Shown here: in pieces, positions 26,161-38,384 of the stretch | Layout: every line of letters starts with the position of its first letter | Numbering within the stretch: position 1 is the stretch's first letter | Notes under the pieces: model-generated | Seen by the model: only the letters and a program-made list of their open reading frames with translations | Database searches by the model: none | Told to the model about the DNA's origin: nothing | Translations under genes and position numbers: made by a program | Source: Mobula hypostoma | Lineage: Eukaryota | Reading direction: 5' to 3' | Length of the DNA: 64,000 bases | NCBI RefSeq assembly: GCF_963921235.1 | Contig: NC_086097.1 | Location: forward strand, 230,642,001-230,706,000

Positions 26161-26972
26161 AGCTTAGGAGGGATGATGCACCTAACGGCAACTCCTTTGT
26201 TTGCATCTTCGGAAACAGCTCTACTTCACCTTTAATATCTCTGTTTTTCCCTTTCAGGGTTCTTTTGAAGACCCTGACCTTAAGTTACACGCTGACTTCA
26301 ATTCTTTGCGGGAATGGGATCCACTCTCGGCGTTTCACGACTGGCCGTTATTCGATATGCCAAAGATGCGGCTGAAGAGAATAGCTCATCTTTGGAGATC
26401 CAGGAGCTCGTGGCTCTGGAGGCAGGTGGACCGAGGGTCAGTGTCCCAACAGGAAATCAGTGTGTCGTGGGAGACAGTATATCTCTGGCTGTGTGCCCAG
26501 AGACCTGAGACCTTTGGGCACAGAGCTCAGAAAAAGCGACGCAATGGACTTTTAACATCATAAACCAGCGAGTTGATTGTTATGTCTCCCTTCTCGCTGT
26601 GAAAGGGAGACACCCCTTTCTCCCTTATTAGGGACAGAGAGAGAGAGAGCCTGTGGTATGTCGAATACAGGGTGAACGAGTAGTCTTTGGGGTACTGCAA
26701 GTCTGTGTCTTTGCTGTTGCTTTGCTGCATGCCTGACTGCTCAGTGATGGGTGCCGATGCTTTTTTTTGCTAGTGGGGGGGGATCATTGCTTTGCCACTG
26801 TTCACGCGTGGGAGGGGGGAGCTGGAGGGGACTTAGGGGTTCTAACATTTACCTGTCATTCATTCTTTGGGGGGACTCCTCTGTTTTCGTGGATGGTTGT
26901 GAAGAAAAAGCATTTCAGGATGTATATTGTATACATTTCTCTGACATCAAATGTACCTTTGAAGCCTTTGAA
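26161..26972 (+). mobile_element. ~0.8-kb non-coding repeat, copy 3, inserted in a CR1 3' fragment
   Basis: Ends CCTTTGAAGCCTTTGAA. The flanking CR1 3' fragment 26000-26160 resumes at 26973-27085. Confidence 0.7.
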
Positions 26973-27701
26973 GGCAGGTAGGTGGAAAGCAGTCCATGGC
27001 CAGATCAGCCATGATCTTTTTGAAGGGCAGAGCACACTCGACAGGCCGGATGGCCTACTCCTGCTCCTATTTCTTATGTTTTCAGGTTCTTAAGGCTTGG
27101 CATCCATAGCTGCCTGTGGCAAAGAATTCCACAGATTCACCACTCTCTAGCTAAAGAAATTCCTCCTCATCTCCGTTCTAAAAGGATACCTCTCTATTAT
27201 GAGGCTGTGCTCTCTGGTCTTAGTCTCTCTCACTATAGGAAACATCCTCTCCACATCTATCAAAGCCTTTCACCATTCGAAAGGTTTCAAAGAAGTCACC
27301 CCTCATTCTTCTGAATTCCAGCAAATATAGTCCTAGAGCCACCAAACTCTCTTCATCTGACAAGACACTCAATCCTGGAATCATTTTTGTGAACCTCCTT
27401 TGAGCCCTCTCCAATTTCAGCATATTCTTTCTAAGATAGGGGGCCCAAAACTGCTCACAATTTGTTGTTTTCTACGCTCTACTTGATCTTTCATTGATCC
27501 TGTTTATAGTTACTATTCTATGATTTGCTGAGTATGCCCACAGAAAAAGAATCTCAGGGCTGTATGTGGTGACATACATGTACTCTATAAAGTTTTCTTT
27601 GAATTTTTGAACTTTTGTCAGGTTTCCTCTTAGCCCCCTCCCCCACTCCAGAAAAAAACAATTCAAATTTGTCCAACCTCTCCATATAGTTCATATTAAA
27701 C

Positions 27702-27780
27702 CAGGAGATCCCAATTCGGGTCCATGGACCCCTCAGTTAATGGTTGGGGTCCATGGCATAAAATAGATTGGGAACCTCTG
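27702..27780. mobile_element. 79-bp hAT-type MITE
   Basis: Imperfect TIRs CAGGAGATCCCAAT / ATTGGGAACCTCTG. 8-bp TSD TATTAAAC / TATCAAAC (7/8 match). Confidence 0.65.
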
Positions 27781-27904
27781 TATCAAACAGAAGATATGAA
27801 AGCACATACCACCAGGCTCAAGGACAGCTTCTAACCCACTGCTTTTAGACAATCAAATAACATGGACTCTTCACATCACAATCCATCTCGTTATGCTTTT
27901 TCAC

Positions 27905-29465
27905 ACGGTTGGCTTATTCAGAAAGTCAGAAGGCATGGGATCCAGGAATGTTTGGCCAGGTGGATTCCGAATTGGTTTGCCTGCAGAAGGCAGAGGGTGG
28001 TGGAGGAGGGAGTACGTTCAGATTGGAGAATTGTGACTAGTGGTGTCCCACAAGGATCTGTTCTGGGACCTCTACTTTTCGTGATTTTTGTTAACGACCT
28101 GGATGTGGGGGTAGAAGGGTGGCAAGTTTGCAGCCGACACAAAGGTTGGTGGTGTTGTAGATAGTGTAGAGGATTGTCGAAGATTGCAGAGAGACATTGA
28201 TAGGATGCAGAAGTGGGCTGAGAAGTGGCAGATGGAGTTCAACCCGGAGAAGTGTGAGGTGGTACACTTTGGAAGGACAAACTCCAAAGCAGAGTACAAA
28301 GTAAATGGCAGGATACTTGGTAGTGTGGAGGAGCAGAGGGATCTGGGGGTACATGTCCACAGATCCCTGAAAGTTGCCTCACAGGTAGTTGGGGTAGTTA
28401 AGAAAGCTTATGGGGTGTTAGCTTTCATAAGTCGAGGGATAGAGTTTAAGAGTCGCGAGGTAATCTATAAAACTCTGGTTAGGCCACACTTGGAGTACTG
28501 TGTCCAGTTCTGGTCACCTCACTATAGGAAGGATGTGGAAGTATTAGAAAGGGTACAGAGGAGATTTACCAGGATGCTGCCTGGTTTAGAGAGTATGCAT
28601 TATGATCAAGAGATTAAGGGAGCTGGGGGCTTTACAATAGACAATAGGTGCAGGAGTAGACCATTCAGCCCTTTGAGCCAGCACCACTATTCACTGTGAT
28701 CATGGCTGATCATCCATAATCAGTACCCTTTTCCTGCCTTCTCCCCATATCCCTTCACTCTGCTATCTTTAAGAGCTCTATCTAACTCTTTCTTGAAAGA
28801 ATCCAGAGAATTGGCCTCTACTGCCTTCTGAGGCAGAGCATTCCACAGAACCACAACCCTCTGTGTGAAAAAGAAAGTCAGAAGGCATTGGATCCAGGGA
28901 TGTTTGGCCAGGTGGATTCAGAATTGGCTTGCCTGCAGAAGGCAGAGGGTCGTGGTGGAGGGAGTACATTTGGATTGGAGGGTTGTGACTAGTGGTGTCC
29001 CACAAGAATCGGTTCTGGGACCTCTACTTTTCTTGATTTTACTCTTTGGAGAGAAGGAGGATGAGAGGAGACATGATCGAGGCATACAAGATATTAAGAG
29101 GAATAGATAGAGTGGATAGCCAGCGTCTCTTCCCCAGGGCACCACTAGTCAATACAAGAGGACATGGCTTTAAGGTAAGGGGTGGGAATTTCAAGGGGGA
29201 TATTAGGGGAAGGTTTTTTACTCAGAGAGTGGTTGGTGCGTGGAATGCAGTGCATAGTGGTGAAGTCTGACCTTCTGACTTTCTTTTTCACTCCATAGTG
29301 GAGTCAGTGGTGAAGGCAGATACACTAGTGAAATTTAAGAGACTACTAGACAGGTATATGGAGGAATTTAAGGTGAGAGGGTTATATGGGAGGTAGGGTT
29401 TGAGGGTCGGCACAACATTGTGGGCCAAAGGGCCTGTACTGTGCTGTACTGTTCTATGTTCTATT
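27905..29465 (+). mobile_element. CR1 RT/3' fragment interrupted by a composite insertion at 28636-29037
   Basis: RT motifs in ORFs 27862-28164, 28184-28699 and 29046-29270. Same subfamily as 17453-19100. Confidence 0.9.
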
Positions 29466-30014
29466 TTATTGTTTACAAACATTACATTGATATTGTTTTA
29501 CCTCAGTACACTGTGTAATGAATTGATCTGTACAAACAGCAAGTCTTTCACGATATCTGGGCCTAGGTGACAATGGTAAACGGATTCCAATTTTCTCCAA
29601 TTCGGGCAGCATCTTGGTAAACCACTCCTGACACCCTTTCCAAAGCCACCGCATCCTTCCTGTAATGGGGCGACCAGAAATGTAGAACGGAAGCCCAAAC
29701 GGAGTTCCATACAGCTGCAAAGGTACGGCATTAAGATCCAGCTCTTTGACTGAGATTTGCTGATGCGTACTTGAATAACTGGGTCAAAGGTTTGTGTGAG
29801 ACTGACTCTGTGAAATGCTTTTAAAACGTACAATAATAAAAAATGCAGATTTTGTTTGCATACAATAACCGTATCTGCGCCTTCAAACACACAGCTCGTC
29901 TTCTTTGCTAATCAAACCTTCGCTATGGAAAATACAATTTCTGCATTTCAGCAAAATTGGGAAATCAGAGTATGCATTTTTCCCAGATGATGATAGTTAA
30001 AGAACTCTTAAAAA

Positions 30015-30330
30015 GCATATTCGCGATAAAATAAACCAAAAAAGAAACGCTTAAACTCTCGAAGCATCAATATGCAAACAAGCAAGATTAGCCTAATTTT
30101 GAAGTGGTGTGCGGAATGTAGCTCGGTGGAAACAGCCTCTACCGGAGATAATTGCCAAGAGGACTTACTGCAGTTCGGATCCAATTCAAAAGCAGATGCC
30201 GTCTACGAGGAGGCGCGGTTTTGGATTGGTCACGAATGATACTCAGTGTGGAAGGACCAGGGGATGGTTGTCCCACCTGCTCTGTGCAAATCGGTCACCG
30301 GGGAAGTGCGCTCTTTCGTGGGATTTATGT
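30015..30330 (+). promoter_or_regulatory. Candidate CpG-retaining promoter / first exon of the AKAP7-like gene
   Basis: Non-repetitive. About 15-17 CpGs in 300 bp against a CpG-poor background. CCAAT at 30181, ATTGG near 30224, GGAAGT near 30302. Lies upstream of the first recognised exon. Confidence 0.4.
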
Positions 30331-31469
30331 TATGAGTTTTGTTGATGAAGTCATTGTTTTACTATAAGAGTTGGGGGCTAATCATCTTACTTAGCGACAG
30401 TGACTGTCATTTAGTTATTCTCCTTTCTTTTTACCTCCACCTTTTCTTCCTTCTGTCCATCCACTTGTTCTTTTTACTTTTCTCCTTCCTCTGACCCCCT
30501 TACCCCATCAATAATTCTTTTTCAGCGAGTTATTTCTTTAAAAAAATGGACTCTGTGAACAGCAGTACCTCTGGTGAGACAGTCTTTTTTATACTTCAAT
30601 AAAAAGTGTGCATTAACTTCCTTTTTTTGCCCCCTGAGAAATATCATCATGATATAGCTTCCTGATATTATCAGAATAAATAATATCTTTATTTATCAAG
30701 CAGTAAAACTTTTGTCTGTTTAATGAAAAGAGACTGGACTTTTGAAGTCTTTCCAGAGTTTTGGCCTCTTGCCCTTTTTGTCAAATTAACTGCCCCTTTT
30801 ACTTTCCAGAATCTGGATTTAGTTTCCAGACAGCACCAGTCGAATGCATTATTTATATATATTTCAGACAATGTTTCATTCAAATTTAACACTGGGTTCA
30901 CTTCAGTGCCATATTAATCCTAAGTATTTTAAATAGGAACTTTGACCACGCATTTTACTTGTGTTTTATGTTGTAAAATATTCTAACACTAACCTGAATA
31001 TGTAAACTGCACCTGATTTTAAAGTTGTTTGCAAAGGGAATTGTGATATTTGGATGTAGGAATTTATTTAGATGTTGCTAATGAATATATATAAATAATA
31101 GTAAATCAATATATAGAAAGAGATGTGCTTGTACAGTGTTTAGTATTAATATAGACTAACTCTTACTGGTGAGTTGGATGTTCCTTTTAGATGAATTTTC
31201 GGCAGGATCAATGAAAAGAAATACTACTTGGAGAAACGTGATCTAGCCTTTCGTATGAGATAAAGAATAGTTTATTGTTAAAATATTTCAGGTGCTTAAT
31301 ACATGTAACTGAAGCAAATTGTGCAGTGAAGCAAAGGACATCAGGGCAATGCTCCCATTTCCAATCTTTCATGCATTTTGTGCAGTTTGGAAAAGAAGTA
31401 TTTATCAGCTGTGTCAAAAATCATTTTTTGCTCTTTAAAAGTCGTTGCATTTGTAAACGGACATCCCAA

Positions 31470-34400
31470 AGATGTCCAAAGGTATTCCAAAGGAAAGTTG
31501 GCGCAATCATGGCTAACAAGGGAAGTCAAAGCCAACATAAAAGCTAAAGAAAGGACAACATTGAGTGGGAAGTTAGGGAACTGGGAAGCTTTTAAAAAGC
31601 AACAGAGGGCAATTGAAGTCATTAAGAAGGTAAAGATGGAATACAAAAGTAAACTGGCCAATAATATGAAAGAGGATACCAAAATTTTCCTTAGAAATGT
31701 TGTATCATTTCTTAATGCATGTATGCATTTCTAAATGACAATAAAAGAGGACTGAGTGTTCTCATAATCTTTTTTTTAAAAAATGCCAAAATGAGGCAAG
31801 AGTGGATTTCAGACCACTGGGAAATGATGCTGAAGAGGCAGTAAAGGGAGGCAAGGAAATGGCACACAAATTGAATAGGTTCTTTGCTGTGGAAGACGTG
31901 GTGGAAGTTCCAGGTGTCAGGGGGCGTAAAGTTGCCATTATTAGACAGAAGGTTGAAGTCAGAAGATGGATAAGTCATCTGGACCTGATGATGTACACCC
32001 CAGGGTTTTGAAGGAGGTGGCTGAAGAGATTATGGAGGGGTTAGTAATGCCCTTTAAAGAATCACTAGATTTTGGAATGGTTCTGACAGACTGGAAAATT
32101 GCAAATGTTACACTATTCTTCAAGAAGGAAGACAGGCAGAAGAAAGAAAATTATAGACCAATTAGTCTGTCGTCAGTAGTTGGGAAGATGTTGCAGTTGA
32201 TTATTAAGAATGTGGTTTTGGGGTACTTGGTGGCACATGATGAAATGGATTGTAGTCTGCATGGTTTCTTCAAGGGAAATTCTGTTGGAATTCTTTGAAG
32301 AAACAACAAGCAAGATAGAAAAAGGAGAATCTGTTAATGTTGTATACTTGGAATTTCAGAAGGCCTTTGACAAGGTGCTATATGAGGCTGCTTAACAAGC
32401 TATGAGCCCATGATATTATAGGAAAGATACTAGCATGGATGAGGCAGTAGCTGATTAGCTGGAGGCAAAAGGTGGGAATAAAGGGAGCCTTTTCTGGTTG
32501 GCTGCTCGAGACTAGTGGTTTTCCACAGGGGGTCTGTGTTGAGACTAATTCTTTTTGCATTGTCTGTCAATGATTTGGATGATTGAATTAATGACTGTTG
32601 CAAAGTTAGCAGATGATATGAAGATTGGTGGAGGGACAGAGTTTTGAGGAAGAGAAGCTACAGAAGGACATAGATTAGGAGAATGGGCAAAGAAATGGCA
32701 AATGGAATACAGTGTTGGGAAGTGTGTAGTCATGCACCTCGGTAGAAGAAATGAACGGGTAGACTATTTTCTAAATGGAGAGGAAAATAGAAAAAACTGA
32801 GCTGCAAAGGGAGTTGGGAATCCTTGTGCAGGATTCAGTAAATGTTAATTTTCATGTTGAGGAAAGCAAATGCAATGTTTCAAGAGGACTAGAATATACA
32901 AGGCTGTAATGTTGAGACTTTATCAAGCACTGTTGAGGCCTCGCTTGGAGAATTGTGATCAGATTTGGGTGCCTCATCTTAAAAGGGATGTGCTGAAACT
33001 GGAGAGGGTTGAAAGGAGCTTCATGAAAATGATTCCAGGATTAAATGGCTTGTCATATGAAGAGTGTTTAATGGCTCTAGGCCTATATTCATGACAATTC
33101 AGAAGAATAAGGCATTTGATAAGGTTCCCCCTGCGAGGCTCATTCAGAAAGTAATGAGACATGGGAACCGAGAACTTGGTTTGTGGTTCCAGAACTGGCT
33201 AGCTCACAGAAGGCAAAGGGTGGCTGTGGATGTTTCGTATTCTGCATGGAAGACAGTGACCAGTGGTGTTCAGCAGCCTTCTGTTCTGAGACCCCTCCTC
33301 TTTGTGATTTTTATAAATTACCTGAATGAGGAAGTAGAAGGGTGGGTTAGTAGGTTTGTTGGTGATACAAAAGTTGGAGGTGTTGTGGATAGTCTGGAGG
33401 GTTATCAGAGGTTACAGTGAGACATCGATAAGATGTAGAACTAGGCTGAAAAGTGGCGGATGGAGTTCAACCCAGGTGTGTGTGTGCACCTCTCCCCCCC
33501 CCTCCCCCCCTCACCTAGTGGGGGGAGCCGGTTTAGTCGCCGACCACCCGACCCTGCGACAGGTAGTACTGGGTTACATGGTACCAGTAGCAGCGAGTGA
33601 CCTGACAACCCAGGTAAGCGTGAAGGTAGTTAATTTTGGTAGATCAAATTTGAAGACAGAATATAATATTAATGGTAGCGTGGAGGATCAGCGAGATCAT
33701 GGGGCCTATGTCTGTGGGACACTCAAAGCTGCTGTGCAGGTTGACAGTGTTGTTAAGAACGTGTATAGTGTGTTGGCCTTCATTAACTGTGGGTTTGAGT
33801 TCAAGAGCCGTGAGGTAATGTTACAGCTATATAAGACCTTAGTTGGACCCTACCTGGAGTACTGTGTTCAGTTCTGGTCGCCTCATTACAGGAAGGATGT
33901 GGATGCTATAGAGAGAGTGCAGAGGAGATTTACGGGAATGTTGCCTGGATTGGAGGGCGTACCTTATGAGAATAGGTTGAGTGAACTTGGCCTTTTCTCC
34001 TTAGAGTGACAGAGGATCAGAGATGATTGATAGAGGTGTATAAGATGATGAGAGGCATCGATTGTGTGGATAGCCAAAGGCTTTTTTCCCAGAGCTGAAA
34101 TGGCTAACATGAGAGGGCATAGTTTCAAGGTGCTTGGAAGTAGGTACAGGGGGGGGGATGGCAGAGTTAAGTTTTTCATACAGAGAGTGGTGGGTGCATG
34201 GAATGCATGGCCAGCGAAGGTGGTGGAAGCAGATACAATAGGGTCTTTTAAAAGACTCTTAGATAGGTACATGGAGCTTAGAAAAATAGAGTGCTATGCG
34301 GTAGGGAAAGTCTAGGCAGCTTCAAGAGTAGATAACATGGTCAGCACAACATTGTGGGCTGAAGGGCCTGTAACGTGCTGTAGATTGTCTATGTTTCTAA

Positions 34401-34760
34401 TGAGGGGCTGACCTCATTGAAACCTATCGAATGGCGAAAGGCCTTGATACAGTGGATGTGTAAAGGATGTTTCTTATGGTGGGAGTGTTTAAGACCAGCG
34501 GGCACAGCCTCAGAATAGAGGGGTATCCTTTTAAAATGGAGATGAGGGATTTCTTTAGCCAGAGAGTGGTGAATCTGTGGACGAGTTATGTAGCTGTAGA
34601 GGCACAGGTTGATAGGTTTTTGATTGGTCAGGGCATAAAGGGATATGGGGAGAAGGCAAGAGATTGCGGCTGAGTGGAAAATTGGATCAGACATGTTAAA
34701 ATGGCAGTGCTGACTCGATGGGCCAAATGGCCTAATTCTGCTCCTATATTTTATGGGCTT
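31470..34760 (+). mobile_element. Decayed CR1 (31470-33090 and 34398-34760) containing a second CR1 fragment (~33105-34395)
   Basis: Two successive sets of RT motifs: KSSGPDDVHPRVLKE...FQKAFDKV, then KAFDKVP...LVGPYLEYCVQFWSP. Two 3' UTR tails. Confidence 0.85.
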
Positions 34761-34859
34761 ACTCTGCTGGGCATCTTTCAGTAGCCTGCTCTATGAGTGG
34801 GCTAATCTGCCAGTATTATTAAGCTGATTCTGCATTGAAAATGCCCAACATTTAGGACT

Positions 34860-35680
34860 TAGAATAGAGTTGTAGAACACTATAGTGGAGAAACAGGCCC
34901 TTTAGGCAATCTAGTCCATACTGAACTATCAATCTGCCTAGTCCCATTGACCTACAGCCGGACCATAGACCACCATCCATGTACCTATTTAAATTTCTCT
35001 TCAATGTTGCAATCAAACTCGCATCCACTGCTTGCACAGGCAGCTCATTCCACACTCTGTCCACCTTCTCAAGAAGTTTCCCTCTTGTTCCCCTTAAACA
35101 TTTCGCCTTTTACCCTTAACCCATGACCTTTAGATTTGGTGTCACGCAACATCAATTGCAAAAGCCAGCTTGCATTTACTCTGTCTATATACCTCATAAT
35201 TTGTATACCTCTATCGGATTTCCCCTCATTCTCCGATGCTGTATAGAATCAAGTTCTAGCATGTTCATCCTTTCCCTATAACTCAGGTCCTCATGTCCTG
35301 GCAAGATCCTTCCAAATTTTCCCTGCACTCTTTCAGATCTTATTAGACCATAAGACCGTAAGATATCTTTCCTGTAGGTAGGTGACCAAAACTGCACGCA
35401 GTTCTTCAAATGAGGCCTCCCCAATGTCTTGTATAATTTCAAGTTAACATCCCACCTCCTTTACTCAATACACTGATGTATGAAGGCCAAAGTGCCAAAA
35501 ACTTTCTTTAACCCCCTACCTGCCTGTGATTCCACTTTCAAGGAATGATGGATCTGTATTTGCAGATCCCTCTGTTCTACCACTCTCCTCAGTGCCCTGT
35601 TACTCACCATGTAAGCTCTACCCTGGTTTGTCCTCCCAAAGTGTAACACTTCTGCATTTAATTTCATACATGGGTAAACG
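34860..35680 (-). mobile_element. CR1 3' fragment
   Basis: EVLHFGRTNQGR, KLYKTLGRPHLKNCVQFWSPTYRKD, RVWNELP. Confidence 0.85.
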
Positions 35681-36094
35681 CGATAATGCGCCATATGGTT
35701 TTGGAATCCTTCCCTTTGGTGCAGGGGCAGAAAGTATCCTCTGATAGAAAGGTACCAATTTATGCTACACAGTGTAAAGCATTGATTATTTAGTATTGTA
35801 GTGTTCTGTTCAATTTATGCAATTTATATTTCCACAGACCCCTATTTCTTGATGTTCATTATATCTATGTGGTTTATCTCTTAATGTTAAGTTTGGTTGA
35901 CTCTTCAAAATGTCACTGCTAGTGTGAATATGGGGATTGAGCGTGGGCGATAGTGGTGAGGGAATAAAAGGCAAATTTAGATTTGAAAAGGACGACCTAT
36001 CTAAAATGCAACCTGCCATGGTTTCAGAAGCTCCTGAGTGCTAAATTGTTCGTAAGGTATTCTATGTTGCAAGAGAATATAAATTTTGACAGGT

Positions 36095-36800
36095 TCAAGT
36101 GTTAAGCACATCAATTCCGAATCAGGTTTAATATCACCGACACATGTCGTAAATTTGTTGTCAGCAGCAGAACAATGCAATACATGATAAATACAGAAAA
36201 AACTGAATTACAGTAATTATATGTATATTAAATTGTTAAAATAAATAGTGCAAAAAAATAGAAACTTAAAAAAAATAACGAGGTAGTGTTCGTGGGTTCA
36301 GTGTCCATTTGGAAATCATTCGGCAGAGGGAAGATGTTCCTGAATCGTTGAGTGTGTGCCTTCAGGCTTCTGTACCTCCTTCCTGACAGTAACAATGAGA
36401 AGAGGCTTTTCCTGCGTGATGGGCGTCTTTAATAATGGATGCTGCCTTCCTGAGGCACCTGCTCATGGATGATGTCTTGGATACCATGGAGGCTAGTATC
36501 CAAGATGGAGCTGACTAATTTTACAACCATCAGCAACTAACTTTGATCCTGTGTAGTAGCAGCCCCCTCCTCCCTCCCCCCTCCCACACCAGACAGTGCT
36601 GTAGCCAGTCACAATGCTCTCCACAGTACTTCTGTCGAGTGTTTTAGGTGACAAACCAAATCTCCTGAAACTCTAAAGAAATATGGCTGCTGTCTTGCCT
36701 CCTTTATAGCTGCATCAAAATGCTGCGATCAGGTTAGGTCCTCAGATATATTGACAGCTAGGAACATGAAATTGCTCACTCTCTCCACTTCTGATCCCTC
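36095..36800 (-). mobile_element. Decayed Rex1/Babar-like LINE 3' fragment
   Basis: The - strand gives RKAASIIKDAH...LLSGRRYRSLKAHTQRFRN near 36330-36455. Confidence 0.65.
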
Positions 36801-37676
36801 GGAGGATCATATTCTGAGAAGTTGTTACAGTTATATGAGAGAGAGTGCTGGGATGTGACAGGCTTTAGGGGAATGGAGATAGTAATGTTACAGCCTGGGA
36901 GGTGACTCACTGAAGATGTGCCATAATGTAAAGTTTAGGACTAAACAATGTACCTCATTAGAATTTGAAAGACATGCAAACTGACGAGCATGTTGTGTAA
37001 GGGATTGTAATTTAAAATATGGACCAGTTTGAAAGTTGTAGGTACTTGAAATTGGGTGGTAAAAGTGAAAGGAACTAGCTGGGTAAGTACCGTACTTTCA
37101 GAATTGCAATACTTCTGAATGAAAGGTTTGGATTTAATGTTTTGTAGTTCGAATACACTTAGCTTCAGGAGGGAGATAGAGGGTGGAAGAATAATCATGG
37201 TTTTTTTTCCACTTTCTGAGTCACCTTGCTCTGTTCTGTAATGTCTTCATCCATGGCTTCCTAAATATTACAAGCGCAACTAGGAGACTAGAAGTCTGCT
37301 GTGAAGTGGTGTAATCTGTGAAATATGATCTCCCTTTTGCCTGTCTAGTCAGGATGTAAATATTTAAATCTACATGTTCTTAGCACTATGGGCATTTAAT
37401 AATTCATTTTAGTTTCATTGTGTGAGTTTGCATTTGGTAATTTAACTGCTGACTGAAGATGGAGTCCAGTTGCTCACATTCTTATTCCATGTACAAGTAA
37501 TTTAATTTCAGATTGAGACACTTGTAACATACACCACAACTTTTGCATGAGGTTCTATATTAAAACAGAGTGAGATTAAATATTGTTATGATTTACTGTA
37601 CGTCTGTGATATAAGTGGGGTGAAGCAAGAACCTAGGTTAGCAAAGTTCTCTCCAACCACAACAACATCAAATTGT

Positions 37677-38277
37677 AAACACGAGGAACTCTGCAGATGC
37701 TGGAAATTCAAGCAACACACATCAAAGTTGCTGGTGAACGCAGCAGGCCAGGCAGCATCTCTAGGAGGAGGTACAGTCGACGTATCGGGCACACTCAGGT
37801 TGGAGGAACAACACCTTATATTCCGTCTGGGTAGCCTCCAACCTGATGGCATGAACATTGACTTCTCTAACTTCCGCTAATGCCCCACCTCCCCCTCATA
37901 CCCCATCTGTTACTTATTTATATACACACATTCTTTCTCTCACTCTCCTTTTTCTTCCTCGGTCCCTCTGACTATACCCCTTGCCCATCCTCTGGGTTTT
38001 TTCCCCCCCTTCCCCTTTTCCTTCTCCCTGGGCCTCCTGTCCCATGATCCTCTCATATCCCTTTTGCCAATCACCTGTCCAGCTCTTGGCTCCATCCCTC
38101 CCCCTCCTGTCTTCTCCTATCATTGTGGATCTCCCCCTCCCCCTCCCACTTTCAAATCTCTTGCTAACTCTTCTTTCAATTAGTCCTGACGAAGGGTCTC
38201 GGCCCGAAACGTCGACTGTACCTCTTCCTAGAGATGTTGCCTGGCCTGCTGAGTTCACCAGCAACTTTGATGTGTGT
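37677..38277 (+). mobile_element. Penelope-like element fragment with an inverted pseudo-LTR copy at its 5' end
   Basis: TLRLEEQHLIFRLGSLQPDGMNIDFSNFR*. 37715-37790 is the reverse complement of ~38203-38277. 13-bp TSD AACATCAAAT(T/C)GT at 37664-37676 and 38278-38290. Confidence 0.88.
38182..38217 (+). ncRNA. Minimal type I hammerhead ribozyme motif (best-preserved copy)
   Basis: Stem I AGTC/GACT, core CTGACGA, stem II GGGT-CTCG-GCCC, GAAA, palindromic ACGT in place of stem III, GTC cleavage triplet ending at 38213. Confidence 0.8.
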
Positions 38278-38384
38278 AACATCAAATCGTGATGTATTGG
38301 AATAAGTGTTCAATTTCTTCTTGGTGGAATGTCAGCAGCTTCAGATATTGCTCATTCCATTTGCAAAGATTTATTTGCAATTAC

